DNA of 63,997 nt, filler included, from Octopus bimaculoides (GCF_001194135.2; 7 parts of 7 records of this genome joined end to end with filler, not necessarily neighbours in it), one strand, 5' to 3'; shown: positions 48,726 to 62,725, numbered from the whole stretch's first letter. The notes: a model not told the origin generated them from the letters alone. Numbers and translations: made by a program.

Positions 48726-50303
48726 CTCAAGCCACCAATGATATTAACTAGGGATAAGAACATGGAATTGTTATGAATTAGCTTTCAAAATGGTATCAAT
48801 ACCCAAAACAATACAATTATAATTTCTTCTTTTCATAAGCAGTATTAACTTTGATTGCGGCTCAGCATTGAACTGTTCTGAGTGATAAATAATTTGTTTA
48901 GGCGTGCCATTACAACTCTTTTAAAATAATTTTACTGCATGATTGACTTTTCAGTTAGTTATTACAAGAGATGTGGCATCGACCAGGTTTCAACTAATAT
49001 ACTTTTGGTAGAGTAACGTTAGAATTTGTGTTCAAGTTGGAAATTTTCATATTGATACAAATTTACTTTCATTGGAGCGTTTGCTGAATGTCCGAGGAAA
49101 AGGATCAGAAACACAGTAACATAAAACAACCTATCACATGATCAGTTCTCGGTTCATAAACTGACATACTAATTAGCCTCTTTAGTAAGGACGGTAGCTT
49201 CTTCTTTGATATCCTGAAAACTAAAAATAATCCCTTGTCAAATGTTAACTAAGTAGTGTCACCGTTCATCCAAAAACTGGATATGAAGGACCTCTACATC
49301 GATCTTAGACACATCTTTCAGACAAGGCAAACTCTACTGGAACTGCAACTTCATTTACTCTAAAATATGTAGACACCTGTTGGAATATTAGAAGTTTACA
49401 ATACTATTTAGGCAATACATTTTCAAAACTGTGTACATTGTCACTCGTTAGAGGAAAATGCAATTAATAACTTAATGTAGTATTCAATGCAGATATGTAT
49501 TTCAGTGATCTAATTGAGCAACCTAACATAAGTTGTTCTGAACTCTTTATATTCGGCCCGTAATACATTGTACTATATGCTGGACAGACTGAGGCCATAA
49601 CGTCTGACGTATAGTGAAAACTCCTGTTATGAGGATATTAGGGAAATGGCAGGTGTGGTATCTTTTCTGGAGTACAGAGTATAGTCAACTGCTAGCGTTT
49701 GGAATACGTATGAGAGATGTACAGAGACCAAGGGATATTAATGAAAAAGATTACTTTCAGACAATTATTATGCTTTACTGAAAGTCAGTTTTGCTAGATC
49801 TTTCATTTCTAGATCACTGAAATGTTTGTAAAGATGCACATTTAATTCAATGACTATTTGTTAAAATTTATATTAATTTGATTATATATGATATCTTTTT
49901 AATGTACTATCAAATTGGTTCTGTGTATATATTATAGTATTTATTTTGCTAATATATAGATGTACTTACAGGTTAATGAATTGATGCACTTATAATGCTG
50001 GGAATTTAATTAGCTACAAACTACTTTAAGTCGGTTGAATGTGTATAAAGTGTCAAATTAATATTATAACATTTGTTGGATGTTTTGTTTAGTGGAATGA
50101 CTTTGCAAAGAAATCCATAAAACAGTAACATACAAAGTGTTCTTTGTTATAGATATAGGCTATTATTGCACATCAGAACAGGATATATATACATATATAT
50201 ATANNNNNNNNNNNNNNNNNNNNNNNNNNNNNNNNNNNNNNNNNNNNTTAATTAATTAANNNNNNNNNNNNNNNNNNNNNNNNNNNNNNNNNNNNNNNNN
50301 NNN

Positions 50304-50392
<89 letters not shown>

Positions 50393-50814
50393 CGTGTGTG
50401 TGTATGTGTAAACCTTTGCGTCTAGTCGGGAAGAAACTAAGATTTTAAGTGAATGGTACCGAGTTAGTATTAAAAGTTGACTCTGAAATTTAAAACCTTA
50501 GAACATATTCAGTTTGAGCCATGATTTTGAAACCAGGTCTTTGAATCTAGCTGACTTCAAACAAGCTAATACAATCGCCATTCTTTTGTATATTTGCCGG
50601 TGCAAGTATAGACAAGAAAATATAACTATGAGAAGAAGTATAACACAGAGAATAGAGGTTCTTTGTTGTCATTTAGTTGTAGGTCAGCTTTAATCAATGA
50701 TTAGACCTATGATTAAAATTTTCTAGCCAAGACCGTCTCAACTGATATCCAGAACTGTGTGATTGAAAGTTTTCCTTTGGTAAGGCTTGGTTTTAATTTG
50801 GCTTTCATTTATCC

Positions 50815-50945
50815 TTTACTTGTTTCAGTCATTGGACTGTGGGCACGCTGGGGCACCACTTTGAAGGGATTTAGTCGGACAAATCGACCCAAGTATTAAA
50901 TTTTTACACCTGCGACATATTTCATCACTTCTTTTTTACCGAACA
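50815..50945 (-). mobile_element. SINE family B 3' fragment
   Basis: tttacttgtttcagtcattggactgtgggcacgctggggcaccac...aaatcgaccc. Confidence 0.7.
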
Positions 50946-50949
50946 GCTA

Positions 50950-51260
50950 CCGTGGCACTTTGGGCAATTGACTTCTACTATAGCCTCGGGTGCATGGATT
51001 TGGTAGGCGGAAACTGAAAGAAGCCCGTCGCATATATGTATATGTTTGTGTGTCTGCGTTTGTCCCCCCAACATCGCTTGACAACCGAGGCTGGTGTGTT
51101 TACGTCCCAGAAACTTAGCGGTTCGGCAAAAGACATCGATAGAATAAGTACTAGTCTTACAAAGAATAAGTCCAGAGGTCGATTTGCTCGACTAAAGGCG
51201 GTGCTACAGCATGGCCACAGTCAAATGACTGAAACAAGTAAGAGTAAAAGAGAGAGTAAA
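50950..51260 (+). mobile_element. SINE family B, head-truncated
   Basis: gtggcactttgggcaattgacttctactatagcctcggg...gaaactgaaagaagcccgtcg...catggccacagtcaaatgactgaaacaagtaagag. Confidence 0.85.
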
Positions 51261-52142
51261 TGAGTATATATATATATATATATATATATATNNNNNNNNN
51301 NNNNNNNNNNNNNNNNNNNNNNNNNNNNNNNNNNNNNNNNNNNNNNNNNNNNNNNNNNNNNNNNNNNNNNNNNNNNNNNNNNNNNNNNNNNNNNNNNNNN
51401 NNNNNNNNNNNNNNNNNNNNNNNNNNNNNNNNNNNNNNNNNNNNNNNNNNNNNNNNNNNNNNNNNNNNNNNNNNNNNNNNNNNNNNNNNNNNNNNNNNNN
51501 NNNNNNNNNNNNNNNNNNNNNNNNNNNNNNNNNNNNNNNNNNNNNNNNNNNNNNNNNNNNNNNNNNNNNNNNNNNNNNNNNNNNNNNNNNNNNNNNNNNN
51601 NNNNNNNNNNNNNNNNNNNNNNATATATAGCACACACACAGAGCCCTATCAGACCTGTGTTAGATGTCTACGTGTTTGTTTGTTACGAGCGATGTCTATG
51701 CGTATATAAGCATATCAAAACATACAAAAATATGTAGAATCCTTCTACAATTTCAGTCGATATTAGCAAATATTATTGAAAAAAAAAACACCCACAAAAA
51801 ATATCGTATATGTGTAAAACAAAAACAAATCATAACTATGAAACACTGATCGATTATAAACCCCGTCTCCCTTGTCCATGGTTCTCACACCAAGGAAGCC
51901 ACGCAAATAACCCAACCATGCAACAATGAAATCACATTAAATTGTTAAACTGCATCAATGAACCCAAAAAACATTGTGAAGAGTTTCTACATATTTTGCA
52001 CTGTTCTGCTAATGGACGGAACACAAGTTAGCTAATTGACTGCGTTTATGCCTCACACTGTCGAACTTGAATTTACAGAGTTTACTGACAGACGTTCTGG
52101 GCGATTAGGATTGCTTGCTGCTGTAATCAGCTGCGCAATTGA

Positions 52143-52200
<58 letters not shown>

Positions 52201-52515
52201 ACGTGTGTGTCTCTCTATCTATATATCTAGCTATTTATCTTATTGGCTTCCAATCTTCTCGTTTTATAGATAGATAGATAGATAGATAGATACATACATA
52301 CATACATACATACATACAGATAAACACACTGGCACACATGCATTTAGATACAAACACACACACAGACAAACACACACACACACGCACACACACACACACA
52401 ATCAGATGTTTGTATATATACGTATCCGCACACTCAAACGTATATACATATCTGTATACACGTTAATGTATGTGTACGAACGTATATTTACCTATTTATC
52501 TTTATGAGTGTATCT

Positions 52516-52547
<32 letters not shown>

Positions 52548-52619
52548 ACAGAAATGCTTACATATATAGACATGCACATATATACATACATACATACATA
52601 AATACAAGTGTGTGTGAGC

Positions 52620-52666
<47 letters not shown>

Positions 52667-52745
52667 TAAAGTAAGTGTTCCTCTCTAGTTCTTTCTTTCT
52701 CTTTTGTCCCCTCTTACTATCTTTATCAACCTACCTGCCTATATG

Positions 52746-52794
<49 letters not shown>

Positions 52795-53394
52795 ATCTTT
52801 ATTTTCTGCTGTTATTTTTACATCAGCAACTCTGTTAATTCCGATAGCCGTGTTTGTGTTTTGCTTCAAGTCCCCTAAAGACAATATCCGGTCTTTCTGT
52901 ACAGAAGTACTGTGTAAACTCTTTGATGAGGAAGCTCCGCTAACGTTTTTCTTTATGCTATGAATGCATATGTGCATGTAACTAATTATCTGACACGCAT
53001 GCACAAAACAGAGTCTTCAACCCATATATATCTGTGTATGTGTGTGTTTTGGTACGTCCGTGTGACCGATGTGTGTGTGTCGTTGTTGGGTATGTGTGTG
53101 TTTGAGTTCATTCAAGCCTAGTTCATTACAATGGCTTCATAGAAGCGAATAAGGTTTTGACTTCCTTTGAAAAGACCAAAAAAAAAAAATGTAACTCACG
53201 CGTATTTAACGCACACACAACCTCTCCCTACCACCTCTTCCCCTCTCTCTCTCTCACACACACAGGTAATATATGCGCGCGGTTATGTGTCTGTGAGTGC
53301 ATGTATGTATATATATATGTATATAGATACATAGGTGTGTACATGTATGTATATGTATATAAATATGACTATCTATCATATAGAATATTCTTTT

Positions 53395-53790
53395 ATTCTT
53401 GTTTTGTAATCTTTTACTTGTTTCGGTCATTTGAGCGCGACCATGCTGGAGCACCACCTTTAGTCGAACAAATCGACCACCCCAGGGCTTATTCTTTGTA
53501 AACTTACTACTTATTCTATCGGTGTCTTTTGCGGTACCGCTAAGTTACGGGGACGTAAACACACCAGCATCGGCTGTCAAGCGATGGTGGAGGGGGGGGG
53601 GACAAACACAGACACATAAGGATACACACACACATATATATATACAACGGGCTTCTTTCAGTTTCCGTCAACGAAATCCACTCACAAGGCTTTGGTCGGC
53701 TCGAGGCCATAGTAGAAGACAATTGCCCAAGGCGCCACGCAGTGGGACTGAACCTGGAACTATGCGGCTGGTAAGCAAGCTACTTACTAC
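53395..53790 (-). mobile_element. SINE family B, near full length
   Basis: rc has a tRNA-like head (gtgtagtaagtagcttgct..ggttcagtcccactgcgtggcgccttgggcaa), body and tail gaccgaaacaagtaaaaga. Confidence 0.88.
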
Positions 53791-53792
53791 AC

Positions 53793-53861
<69 letters not shown>

Positions 53862-53995
53862 TGCAAAATATTATCAGAAAATTAGACAAAAGTAACTTTT
53901 TGATATCACCTCGTATGGCTGTCCGAAATGACTGTATCAAAACAAGTGTTCCCTTTCTCTCTTTCACTCCCTCACTTTCTCTATTGTACCTATCT

Positions 53996-54033
<38 letters not shown>

Positions 54034-54250
54034 CAAGTGAAGAGATTTAAAAAAAAACAAAATAATCAAACAAATACAGAAACTAAATCCATTGAAGCCA
54101 TCGTTATTTGATGTTACCATCGACTTTTTTGTCAGACATTTTTTTTTTCTTGTAATCAAAAAATTACTGTTAATATTTTTTATTTAATTGGAAATGAGTT
54201 ATCAGATAAATCACTTATTGAATATTAGTATCCCATTTATCAAATTTTAG

Positions 54251-54627
54251 TTTGAAATTTTGGCAGAAAGCCAGCAATTTCAGGAGAAGAGTTAAGACAA
54301 TTACATCAACCTCAGTGCTCAACTGGTACTCACTTTATCGACCTCGAAATGGTCGAAAGGTAAAATCGACCTCGGTGGAATTTGATCTCAGAACGTAAAG
54401 TTATTAAAATATTGGTTTCAAATTTTGGCACAAGGCCAGAAATTTCAGAGGAGGGGATTAATCAATTACATCAACCTAAAATTTCAACTGGTGCTTATTT
54501 TATCGACCTCGAAAGGATAAAAGGCAAAATCGACCTCGGCGGAATTCGAACTCAGAGCGTAAGGACGGATAAGATGTCGCCTCAGCATTTTTCCCAGCGT
54601 GCTAACGATTATGCTGGCTTACCACCT
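54251..54627 (-). mobile_element. Two tandem SINE family A copies (54251-54400 headless; 54417-54627 with head)
   Basis: Both contain caactggt(a/g)ct..tttatcgacctcgaaa..aaaggcaaaatcgacctcgg..gaatt..ctcaga. Confidence 0.8.
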
Positions 54628-54829
54628 TAAAGTTATTAAACATTATATTGTAAACGCTGTTGTTATCCTGTATTTCCCTTTTTACATCAGTAGAGCAGTA
54701 GTTCCTAAGGAATGACTGAAATGTGTAAAAGAATAAAAGTATAAAAGATCAAATTATCGAGAGAACATAAATGAATTAACTCACCAAGGAAAGGAAAAGA
54801 AGTGGGGGTCGGGTTAAACATCAAAAGAT

Positions 54830-55240
54830 GAGACAAGGGAGTAACAAGTTGGACTCCCCAAACCAAATGGCGTGTTCAACCTCGATTGCAAAGGCGTTAC
54901 TGTTGGGAATGGCCAGCGACACTCGCTGCAAAATCCACCCAAATTCGCGGGGCTCATTTCTCAGACGAGTCGCAGTTATCCCGATTGTGCAGAGGAAATC
55001 AGTAGCGTGGGATCCGAGAACATCTGATGTCTCGACGGTGACCAGCACAAACTGATAGCAGCCAGTCAGACTCCTGAATTTGTTTATGCTCCTGTATTTT
55101 GCGTTATGGGCGGCTACACCAAGGTTTGCAGCCAATGCAGTCAGGTTGGAGCCGGAAAACATGTCAAAAGCACGTTGCGACCCAAATTAGGGATTTGATT
55201 CCTACATGTGGGAAGAGAGTGTTACATATGGCAAGAGGGT
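54830..55240 (-). mobile_element. CRE-clade non-LTR retrotransposon, restriction-like endonuclease 3' fragment
   Basis: TLFPHVGIKSLIWVATC (cf. WDATC)...GVAAHNA..KYRS..YQFVLVTVETSDVLGSHATDFL..IG..WILQRVSLAIPNSNA (cf. QRxSxAIQRGNA). Confidence 0.75.
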
Positions 55241-55274
55241 TATACTGTCAGATAAATTCGTTCGCGTTTTTGTT

Positions 55275-55530
55275 TTTACTTGTATCTCTTAACTTTTACG
55301 TGTTTCAGTCGTTAGACTGCGTGCGGCCATGCTGGGGTACTGTCCTGAAGAATTTTTAGTTAAATGAACTGACTCCAGTACTTATTTCATTTTTTCAATC
55401 CTGGTACCTATTCTTTCGGTCTCTCTTACCGAACCGCAAAGTTACGGGTGTATAACCACACCAACACCGGTTATCAAGCGATGGTGGGAGGGGGACAAAC
55501 ACAGACGCAAATGTACACACACACACACAC
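55275..55530 (-). mobile_element. SINE family B 3' half
   Basis: ttttacgtgtttcagtcgttagactgcgtgcggccatgctgggg...ccgaaccgcaaagttacggg..tcaagcgatggtggg. Confidence 0.8.
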
Positions 55531-55672
55531 ACACAAGTAGGATCGCCCAAGACATATAAATGTCCCTGCTCCCCATCACACAATTAACATTTACTATAAT
55601 TTCCCTTTCATATTTATATTATTATTTTATTATCGTTAAACTTGTGAACGAAAAATATACATACATACTCGA

Positions 55673-55740
<68 letters not shown>

Positions 55741-56235
55741 AAATATGAATGGGTGTGGATATTGAGACGTGCGTGCACGCATCAGATTGTTACACGTACG
55801 ATAAAGATGATAAAACAAAGAAGGCGTTAGAGTGTATAACCTTGGTTTACACATTTCAATCGACACATACAAGTACATCATTTCATATATGTATACGTGT
55901 ATGCGCGTATGCACGTGTGTGAGCGAATGCGTGCGAGTTTTTGGGCGCGCATATGTACAGGCTTATGAGCCAATTCGCCTGAATGACTTCCCATACAGAT
56001 TACATCAAGAAAGCGGAAATAACCACAGATTCGGAGGGTGAATATATAAACTGATAAATATACATAGATATGCATATATAGCATATATGCACGCGCACTT
56101 AAAGCATATATTCTTATGCATACGCACTTACTGAGACATTTAAATATGTGTGTGTGTGTGTGTGTGTGCACGTGTGTATATGTGTGTACACTTTTATATC
56201 CACATACACGTGTGTGTGTGGGAGATGGTGGTATC

Positions 56236-56280
<45 letters not shown>

Positions 56281-56419
56281 GCGTATTCCCATACATAAGT
56301 TTAAGATAACAGCAACGTCCTGTATATGACAGACGAATGGTTCGATTTCCGTCGCTGATTCTGTCCACGTTTTCCTCTTTAAGCACATTTTTTACCCGAA
56401 AAATCTTTTATATTTTACT

Positions 56420-56610
56420 TGCACCAGACATACGACTGCCTTGAATATTTTAGTTGATCAAATTGACATCAAAACTTATTCTTAAGTCTGGCACTTACTC
56501 TATCGATTCCTGTTTTCAAACCGTTAAGTTACGGGGACATAAACAAACCAACACCGATTGTTAAGTGGTGGTGGTGGTGGTGGAGAAAAAGATAAACACA
56601 ACATAAGGAC
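56420..56610 (-). mobile_element. SINE family B 3' half, degenerate
   Basis: ctggcacttactctatcg...ccgttaagttacggggacataaacaaaccaacaccg. Confidence 0.65.
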
Positions 56611-56968
56611 ACACACATGTATATTTATATATACAAGCATATACGCTTATATCGAACAGTGAAAATGAATGCTCAACACCACATTGGTAGATAAATTTTC
56701 TTTATTTGTGGGTTAACAAGGCAACCAATCGTTTCATGCGAAGAGATCTTCACAATTGTTCATGCTTACCACATGGAAGTGCTGGTACTCGTCTCCGCAT
56801 AATATGATAATGCATGAACAATTGTGAAAAGTTCTTCACATGAAAACATTGCTTAATGTTTTATTTGTTTCCTTTTAATGCAACAGGTTCGAATTCGAAG
56901 GATATTTTTCTCCTATTTCTATCACGCTTTTGTAGCTGTTGACTGCTTTATTTTTTAACTATATATAT

Positions 56969-57172
56969 GAGGGATATTAGGCGGCTATTTCTAATAGATT
57001 GGCGACCACGTAAAAGTAGAGCCTAACACATTGGTTTCAACGTTTTCTATCTTACATATAATTCATATTATCAAATGTGCCCTCTTTTTTCTAATACGAT
57101 ATAATTTGAGAGGGATTTGTGTGTTATTTCTAGCAGATAGATCGACCGCGTAGAGGCTCACTCATTGGCTCG
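56969..57172. repeat. Interspersed repeat with internal direct duplication
   Basis: gagggatattaggcggctatttctaatagattggcgaccacgta recurs ~140 bp later as gagggatttgtgtgttatttctagcagatagatcgaccgcgta. Confidence 0.45.
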
Positions 57173-57439
57173 TAGTTCCTTAGTGTTTACATTCGATGCA
57201 AGTGTTGACTGAAGCACACCGACAATAACTTTTGTGTTGAAAGTTGTTGGAATGTTTATAGATCAGAGATAACTTTTCACATTTATCTCTGTGTAATCTT
57301 CTAGGCTGTTGTTATTTTACATTGTGTTCTCAGTGATTATTATGTCTTGCAAGGAACAAGAAGATAATAAATAATACATTTTGCCAAAGTGGCATATATT
57401 TTTAAAAAAGGAAAAAGTAAAAAAAAAAAAAAGAAAAAA

Positions 57440-57600
57440 AATGGCTGTCGTTTAGCAGAATCGTTAGAGCTTTGAACAAAATGCGTTGCTGAATAATAGT
57501 TGCATTCTAATTTCGAATCCTGGAGAGATTAACTTTGCCTTTTGTTCTAGTGAAGTCAATAAAATAATTGTCGAGGACTGGAGACATTTTAATCAAATAT
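57440..57600 (+). mobile_element. SINE family A, degenerate
   Basis: gcagaatcgttagagc head plus attaactttgcctttttg..gtcaataaaata core. Confidence 0.5.
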
Positions 57601-57774
57601 AACCTTCACGAAATAATCTGAGGTATTAATAATTCAATTCTTTCCACCTCAACTTACATCATATGTGCAAAGTGGCTACGATAAGAAGCAGCGAAAACCC
57701 TAAATGCATTGATTTCAGATTTTGGCACAAGGTTATTAACTACGGGGGAGGGGGTAAGCCGATAACATCGACCT

Positions 57775-58125
57775 TTTCTCATCATAGAAGACATAGCTGA
57801 TGACTTCGTAGACAACATTTCTGACTGTTCCTTCTGACACATGGAGGTTTTTTTGCGATTGACCTCATAAACATCCTGCTCAGTTGAACTTGCCTGGATA
57901 AATTCAGGTGTTTTGATGAGTTCAGATCGTTTAGAATGCTTTTTATGCTTTGATACTGGTATTACGTTTCCATCTTCAACCTCTAGATCCTTACAAACTT
58001 TGTAGATGAAAGATCTGACAAATTTTTAAAATCGAGATATTTCTAAATCCCTATGCTCAACCTTTGTTACTACAAAAACAACATCCCTCTCCCTTTCTGA
58101 GGGTCCTAAGCTGAGGGGTCACCAT
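57775..58125 (-). mobile_element. Tc1/mariner transposase N-terminal (DNA-binding) fragment
   Basis: RDVVFVVTKVEHRDLEISRF*KFVRSFIYKVCK...KHSKRSELIKTPEF, followed by a frame-shifted second HTH segment. Recognised by general similarity only. Confidence 0.55.
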
Positions 58126-58327
58126 TATTATTTTCTGAATCAAAGATTATAGAGAGTGAGCAAAAAAAAATGCAGCAATGGCCCCAAAAAGTACGCACCC
58201 TCTATATTTTTATATATATATATATATNNNNNNNNNNNNNNNNNNNNNNNNNNNNNNNNNNNNNNNNNNNNTTAATTAATTAANNNNNNNNNNNNNNNNN
58301 NNNNNNNNNNNNNNNNNNNNNNNNNNN

Positions 58328-58395
<68 letters not shown>

Positions 58396-58423
58396 GTAGT
58401 TAGATAGATAGAAAGATAGATAA

Positions 58424-58482
<59 letters not shown>

Positions 58483-58483
58483 T

Positions 58484-58528
<45 letters not shown>
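58328..58528. repeat. (GATA)n microsatellite
   Basis: Direct tandem 4-mer. Other GATA/TATC tracts at ~4088-4138, 37210-37245, 48033-48078, 50332-50391, 52747-52795, 53793-53860 and 61478-61563. Confidence 0.95.
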
Positions 58529-59590
58529 AACGGATGAGATAATGGAAGACAAGTGAAATATGTAGTTGAATATAAGGCAGAAAACATTCCTGCTTCGACA
58601 TATTTTGAACATTAGTCTGTCTGAATATTCGTTGAGTCTTCTATGACATTCTACATTCTTCTTTCCTTTTTTTTTTTTTTCTACTATCAGAGATTTCTTT
58701 AGTTTTATATCTGCCAGCATTTGCGATCCCACCGCTTTTCCATTTCTTTGTTTACTTTTATCTTCCTTCCGTTTCACTTTCTGTCACTCACTTACTAGCT
58801 CGCTCATTCTTTCCTAACCTATCAGCTCTCCGTAGAATTCTGCCGATTTGTTTAACACAATGAACAAATTATATTTTCTTCATGAATTTCATCTTCTTTG
58901 TTTCTTCCCTCTTTCTGTTGTATCCCTATTTCAGTCTCTCTTTTTCACAACTCTCTTACATTTTCACTCTTAATCGTTATATCTCTGACTTTTACTGTCT
59001 CTCCTTCTCTCTAATAATTCTAATATTTCTTCAGACATTCGCATCTGTGATTCTTATCTCTTAAATCAATTTTATTTCTTTCTGTATATTCTAATTCAAA
59101 TGTTCAACGCCCTTTTTCATCTCACCTACATTTTTCTTCCCTCTTTATCATAGTTTTCTTGATGTCTCTAACATTAACATCGTTACCTCCTCTCCTCCTC
59201 TACCTCTACCTAATCCACCTCTATTAATCGACCCTCCTTCTGATCCTCCTCCTACAACTACTTCTATTACCATTTTACAATTACTTTAATTTCTTTATAT
59301 TTTTACTTCTATTACTTGTGATTCATATTTTATATTCTTTCCATCTCGTTCCTCATCGCGTTCTCACTTTCCTTTTGTTTTCGTCCTATCTCATTCAGAT
59401 TTCACACTCTATAATATTTGGTTGCATATCTATTTGAATTTCTCATACACTTAGCTCTTTTTTTTAATGCTATATACTCTAGTTAACATTTTTATGGTTG
59501 TGCATACACCTCTTTGTTTCTCACTTTTCTCACTTTCTCGTTCCCATCATCTATATTATCCTTCATGAATCTCTTTCTCTCCCTCTTGTT

Positions 59591-59624
<34 letters not shown>

Positions 59625-60572
59625 TCNNNNNNNNNNNNNNNNNNNNNNNNNNNNNNNNNNNNNNNNNNNNNNNNNNNNNNNNNNNNNNNNNNNNNNNNNN
59701 NNNNNNNNNNNNNNNNNNNNNNNNNNNNNNNNNNNNNNNNNNNNNNNNNNNNNNNNNNNNNNNNNNNNNNNNNNNNNNNNNNNNNNNNNNNNNNNNNNNN
59801 NNNNNNNNNNNNNNNNNNNNNNNNNNNNNNNNNNNNNNNNNNNNNNNNNNNNNNNNNNNNNNNNNNNNNNNNNNNNNNNNNNNNNNNNNNNNNNNNNNNN
59901 NNNNNNNNNNNNNNNNNNNNNNNNNNNNNNNNNNNNNNNNNNNNNNNNNNNNNNNNNNNNNNNNNNNNNNNNNNNNNNNNNNNNNNNNNNNNNNNNNNNN
60001 NNNNNNNNNNNNNNNNNNNNNNNNNNNNNNNNNNNNNNNNNNNNNNNNNNNNNNNNNNNNNNNNNNNNNNNNNNNNNNNNNNNNNNNNNNNNNNNNNNNN
60101 NNNNNNNNNNNNNNNNNNNNNNNNNNNNNNNNNNNNNNNNNNNNNNNNNNNNNNNNNNNNNNNNNNNNNNNNNNNNNNNNNNNNNNNNNNNNNNNNNNNN
60201 NNNNNNNNNNNNNNNNNNNNNNNNNNNNNNNNNNNNNNNNNNNNNNNNNNNNNNNNNNNNNNNNNNNNNNNNNNNNNNNNNNNNNNNNNNNNNNNNNNNN
60301 NNNNNNNNNNNNNNNNNNNNNNNNNNNNNNNNNNNNNNNNNNNNNNNNNNNNNNNNNNNNNNNNNNNNNNNNNNNNNNNNNNNNNNNNNNNNNNNNNNNN
60401 NNNNNNNNNNNNNNNNNNNNNNNNNNNNNNNNNNNNNNNNNNNNNNNNNNNNNNNNNNNNNNNNNNNNNNNNNNNNNNNNNNNNNNNNNNNNNNNNNNNN
60501 NNNNNNNNNNNNNNNNNNNNNNNNNNNNNNNNNNNNNNNNNNNNNNNNNNNNNNNNNNNNNNNNNNNNNNNN

Positions 60573-60615
<43 letters not shown>

Positions 60616-61321
60616 ACATGTCTATTTATGTATGAATGTATGAATGCATTCACATATGTATGTGTAAAGCTGTATATATCTGTTTATCTCCCGATCAACA
60701 TATTAATGCTTATCTATTTATCTATCTACACCTGTATCTAGTTTCTCCTGCTTGGTATTTGAATGACTGAATTATTGAACTCTAGGCTATCATTTATATT
60801 TTGTTTGCAGTTATGTTTCCTACGGTGATTTTATCGTGGCTCATTTGCATTTTTAATACTTGCTACATGTATTTCCTTTCATACCTATAATTATAATGCA
60901 TACCATCTTTCACACATTTACTTATCTCCACCTTTCTGAGCATATTTAAATACGATCCCTCTCCTCATTTTCGAGTATCTATTATTTTACATTTATAACA
61001 CATTTCTTAAAGTTTTTTTCACTTTTTACCTTCTCAACACATTCACGTATGGCATTTTGTCAAGTTATTTTTGAATTGCGGGATCTCAGTAATGCACTGG
61101 GTTTAAATATTAATGCAATACTACTTCATTTACTGTCATATATATATATATATATATANNNNNNNNNNNNNNNNNNNNNNNNNNNNNNNNNNNNNNNNNN
61201 NNTTAATTAATTAANNNNNNNNNNNNNNNNNNNNNNNNNNNNNNNNNNNNNNNNNNNNTATATATATACTATTTTACTGTCTCTTTACTCTCTTTTCTCT
61301 ATTTTTCTGTTCTCATTCTAT

Positions 61322-61377
<56 letters not shown>

Positions 61378-61476
61378 TTTCTTTCTCACTCTTCATTATA
61401 TTACAGTATTTGGTGATCGCCTCTATGTTTGTCACAATTTCTATATAAATATATGTATATATCTATCTCTGTTTGT

Positions 61477-61523
<47 letters not shown>

Positions 61524-61877
61524 ACTATCTATTTATTTATTTATTTATCTATCTATCTATCTATATATGTATGTATGTGTGTATGTATATGTATGTATAT
61601 ATGTATGTATATATGTATATATGTATATATATGTATGATAATTGAATGTATATATGTATGTATAAATATATGTATGTATAAATATGTATGTATAAATATG
61701 TATATATATATGTTTATACATATATACTGTATGCCCACATACATATATACCTCTATATTTTATCAATTGTATCTATGACTCTCTCGTCTGTTTTCTCTTT
61801 CACTTCACTCCCTTTGCCTTTTGTTTCTCATCCCACCTTCTCTCTACTCGTCTCTCATCTCTCTCTCTCTCTTTCTA

Positions 61878-61913
<36 letters not shown>

Positions 61914-62224
61914 CTTCTCTCTCTCTCTCTACCTCCATAGCTCCACTCCCCACCGCTATCTCATTCAATTTATGTCCACATCGATACTATTCCCTGCCAC
62001 AACCACCAATTCCATTGTCATCACCGCACCGCCTCTTTGAATCACCAACAGCCTTACCACCACCACACCTCCGTTGCCTCCACCACAATCGCCATCGCCA
62101 CCACCAACAACATCACCATAAACACCCAGCACCACCACCACCACCACCATTTCACCAATAAGATTAAATTACCATAATCATCACTCTCCGTTCAACAAAC
62201 GCAATTATTTCACTTCCATCACTG

Positions 62225-62374
62225 CCCTTGTTTTTCTGGCATCGTTGTCATCGTCATCATCGTCATCATCATCATCATCATAACTTCTCCACTATCATCA
62301 ACATCATCATCAGCATCAGCAGCAGCAGCATCACCACTACGCTATCATTATCATCATCATCATCTCCGTGATTG

Positions 62375-62419
<45 letters not shown>

Positions 62420-62472
62420 GTGTTGTCGCCCCGTTGTCGTCGTCGTCGTCGTCGTCGTCGTCATCATCATCA
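62225..62472. repeat. Mosaic trinucleotide tract (CAT/CAG/CGT)n
   Basis: Directly visible, with (CAC/CAA)n just upstream at ~61990-62160. Confidence 0.9.
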
Positions 62473-62725
62473 CAGCACAACTACGTCCATCTTTATCGCT
62501 CCTATCATTATGAACATTGAACATCCCGCGCAGTGTTCAATCCTACCCAGGGCTTGCACTAAGGGTCTTACTAAAACTTTAAATTTTTTTTATCTCTAGA
62601 GATAATATATGTGTGTATATATATANNNNNNNNNNNNNNNNNNNNNNNNNNNNNNNNNNNNNNNNNNNNTTAATTAATTAANNNNNNNNNNNNNNNNNNN
62701 NNNNNNNNNNNNNNNNNNNNNNNNN

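Noticed and set aside
61688-62599. His/Pro/Ser/Arg-rich ORFs (61688-62161, 62372-62599)
   Set aside because: Built from CT, CAC, CAT and CGT simple repeats, with no splice or domain evidence.
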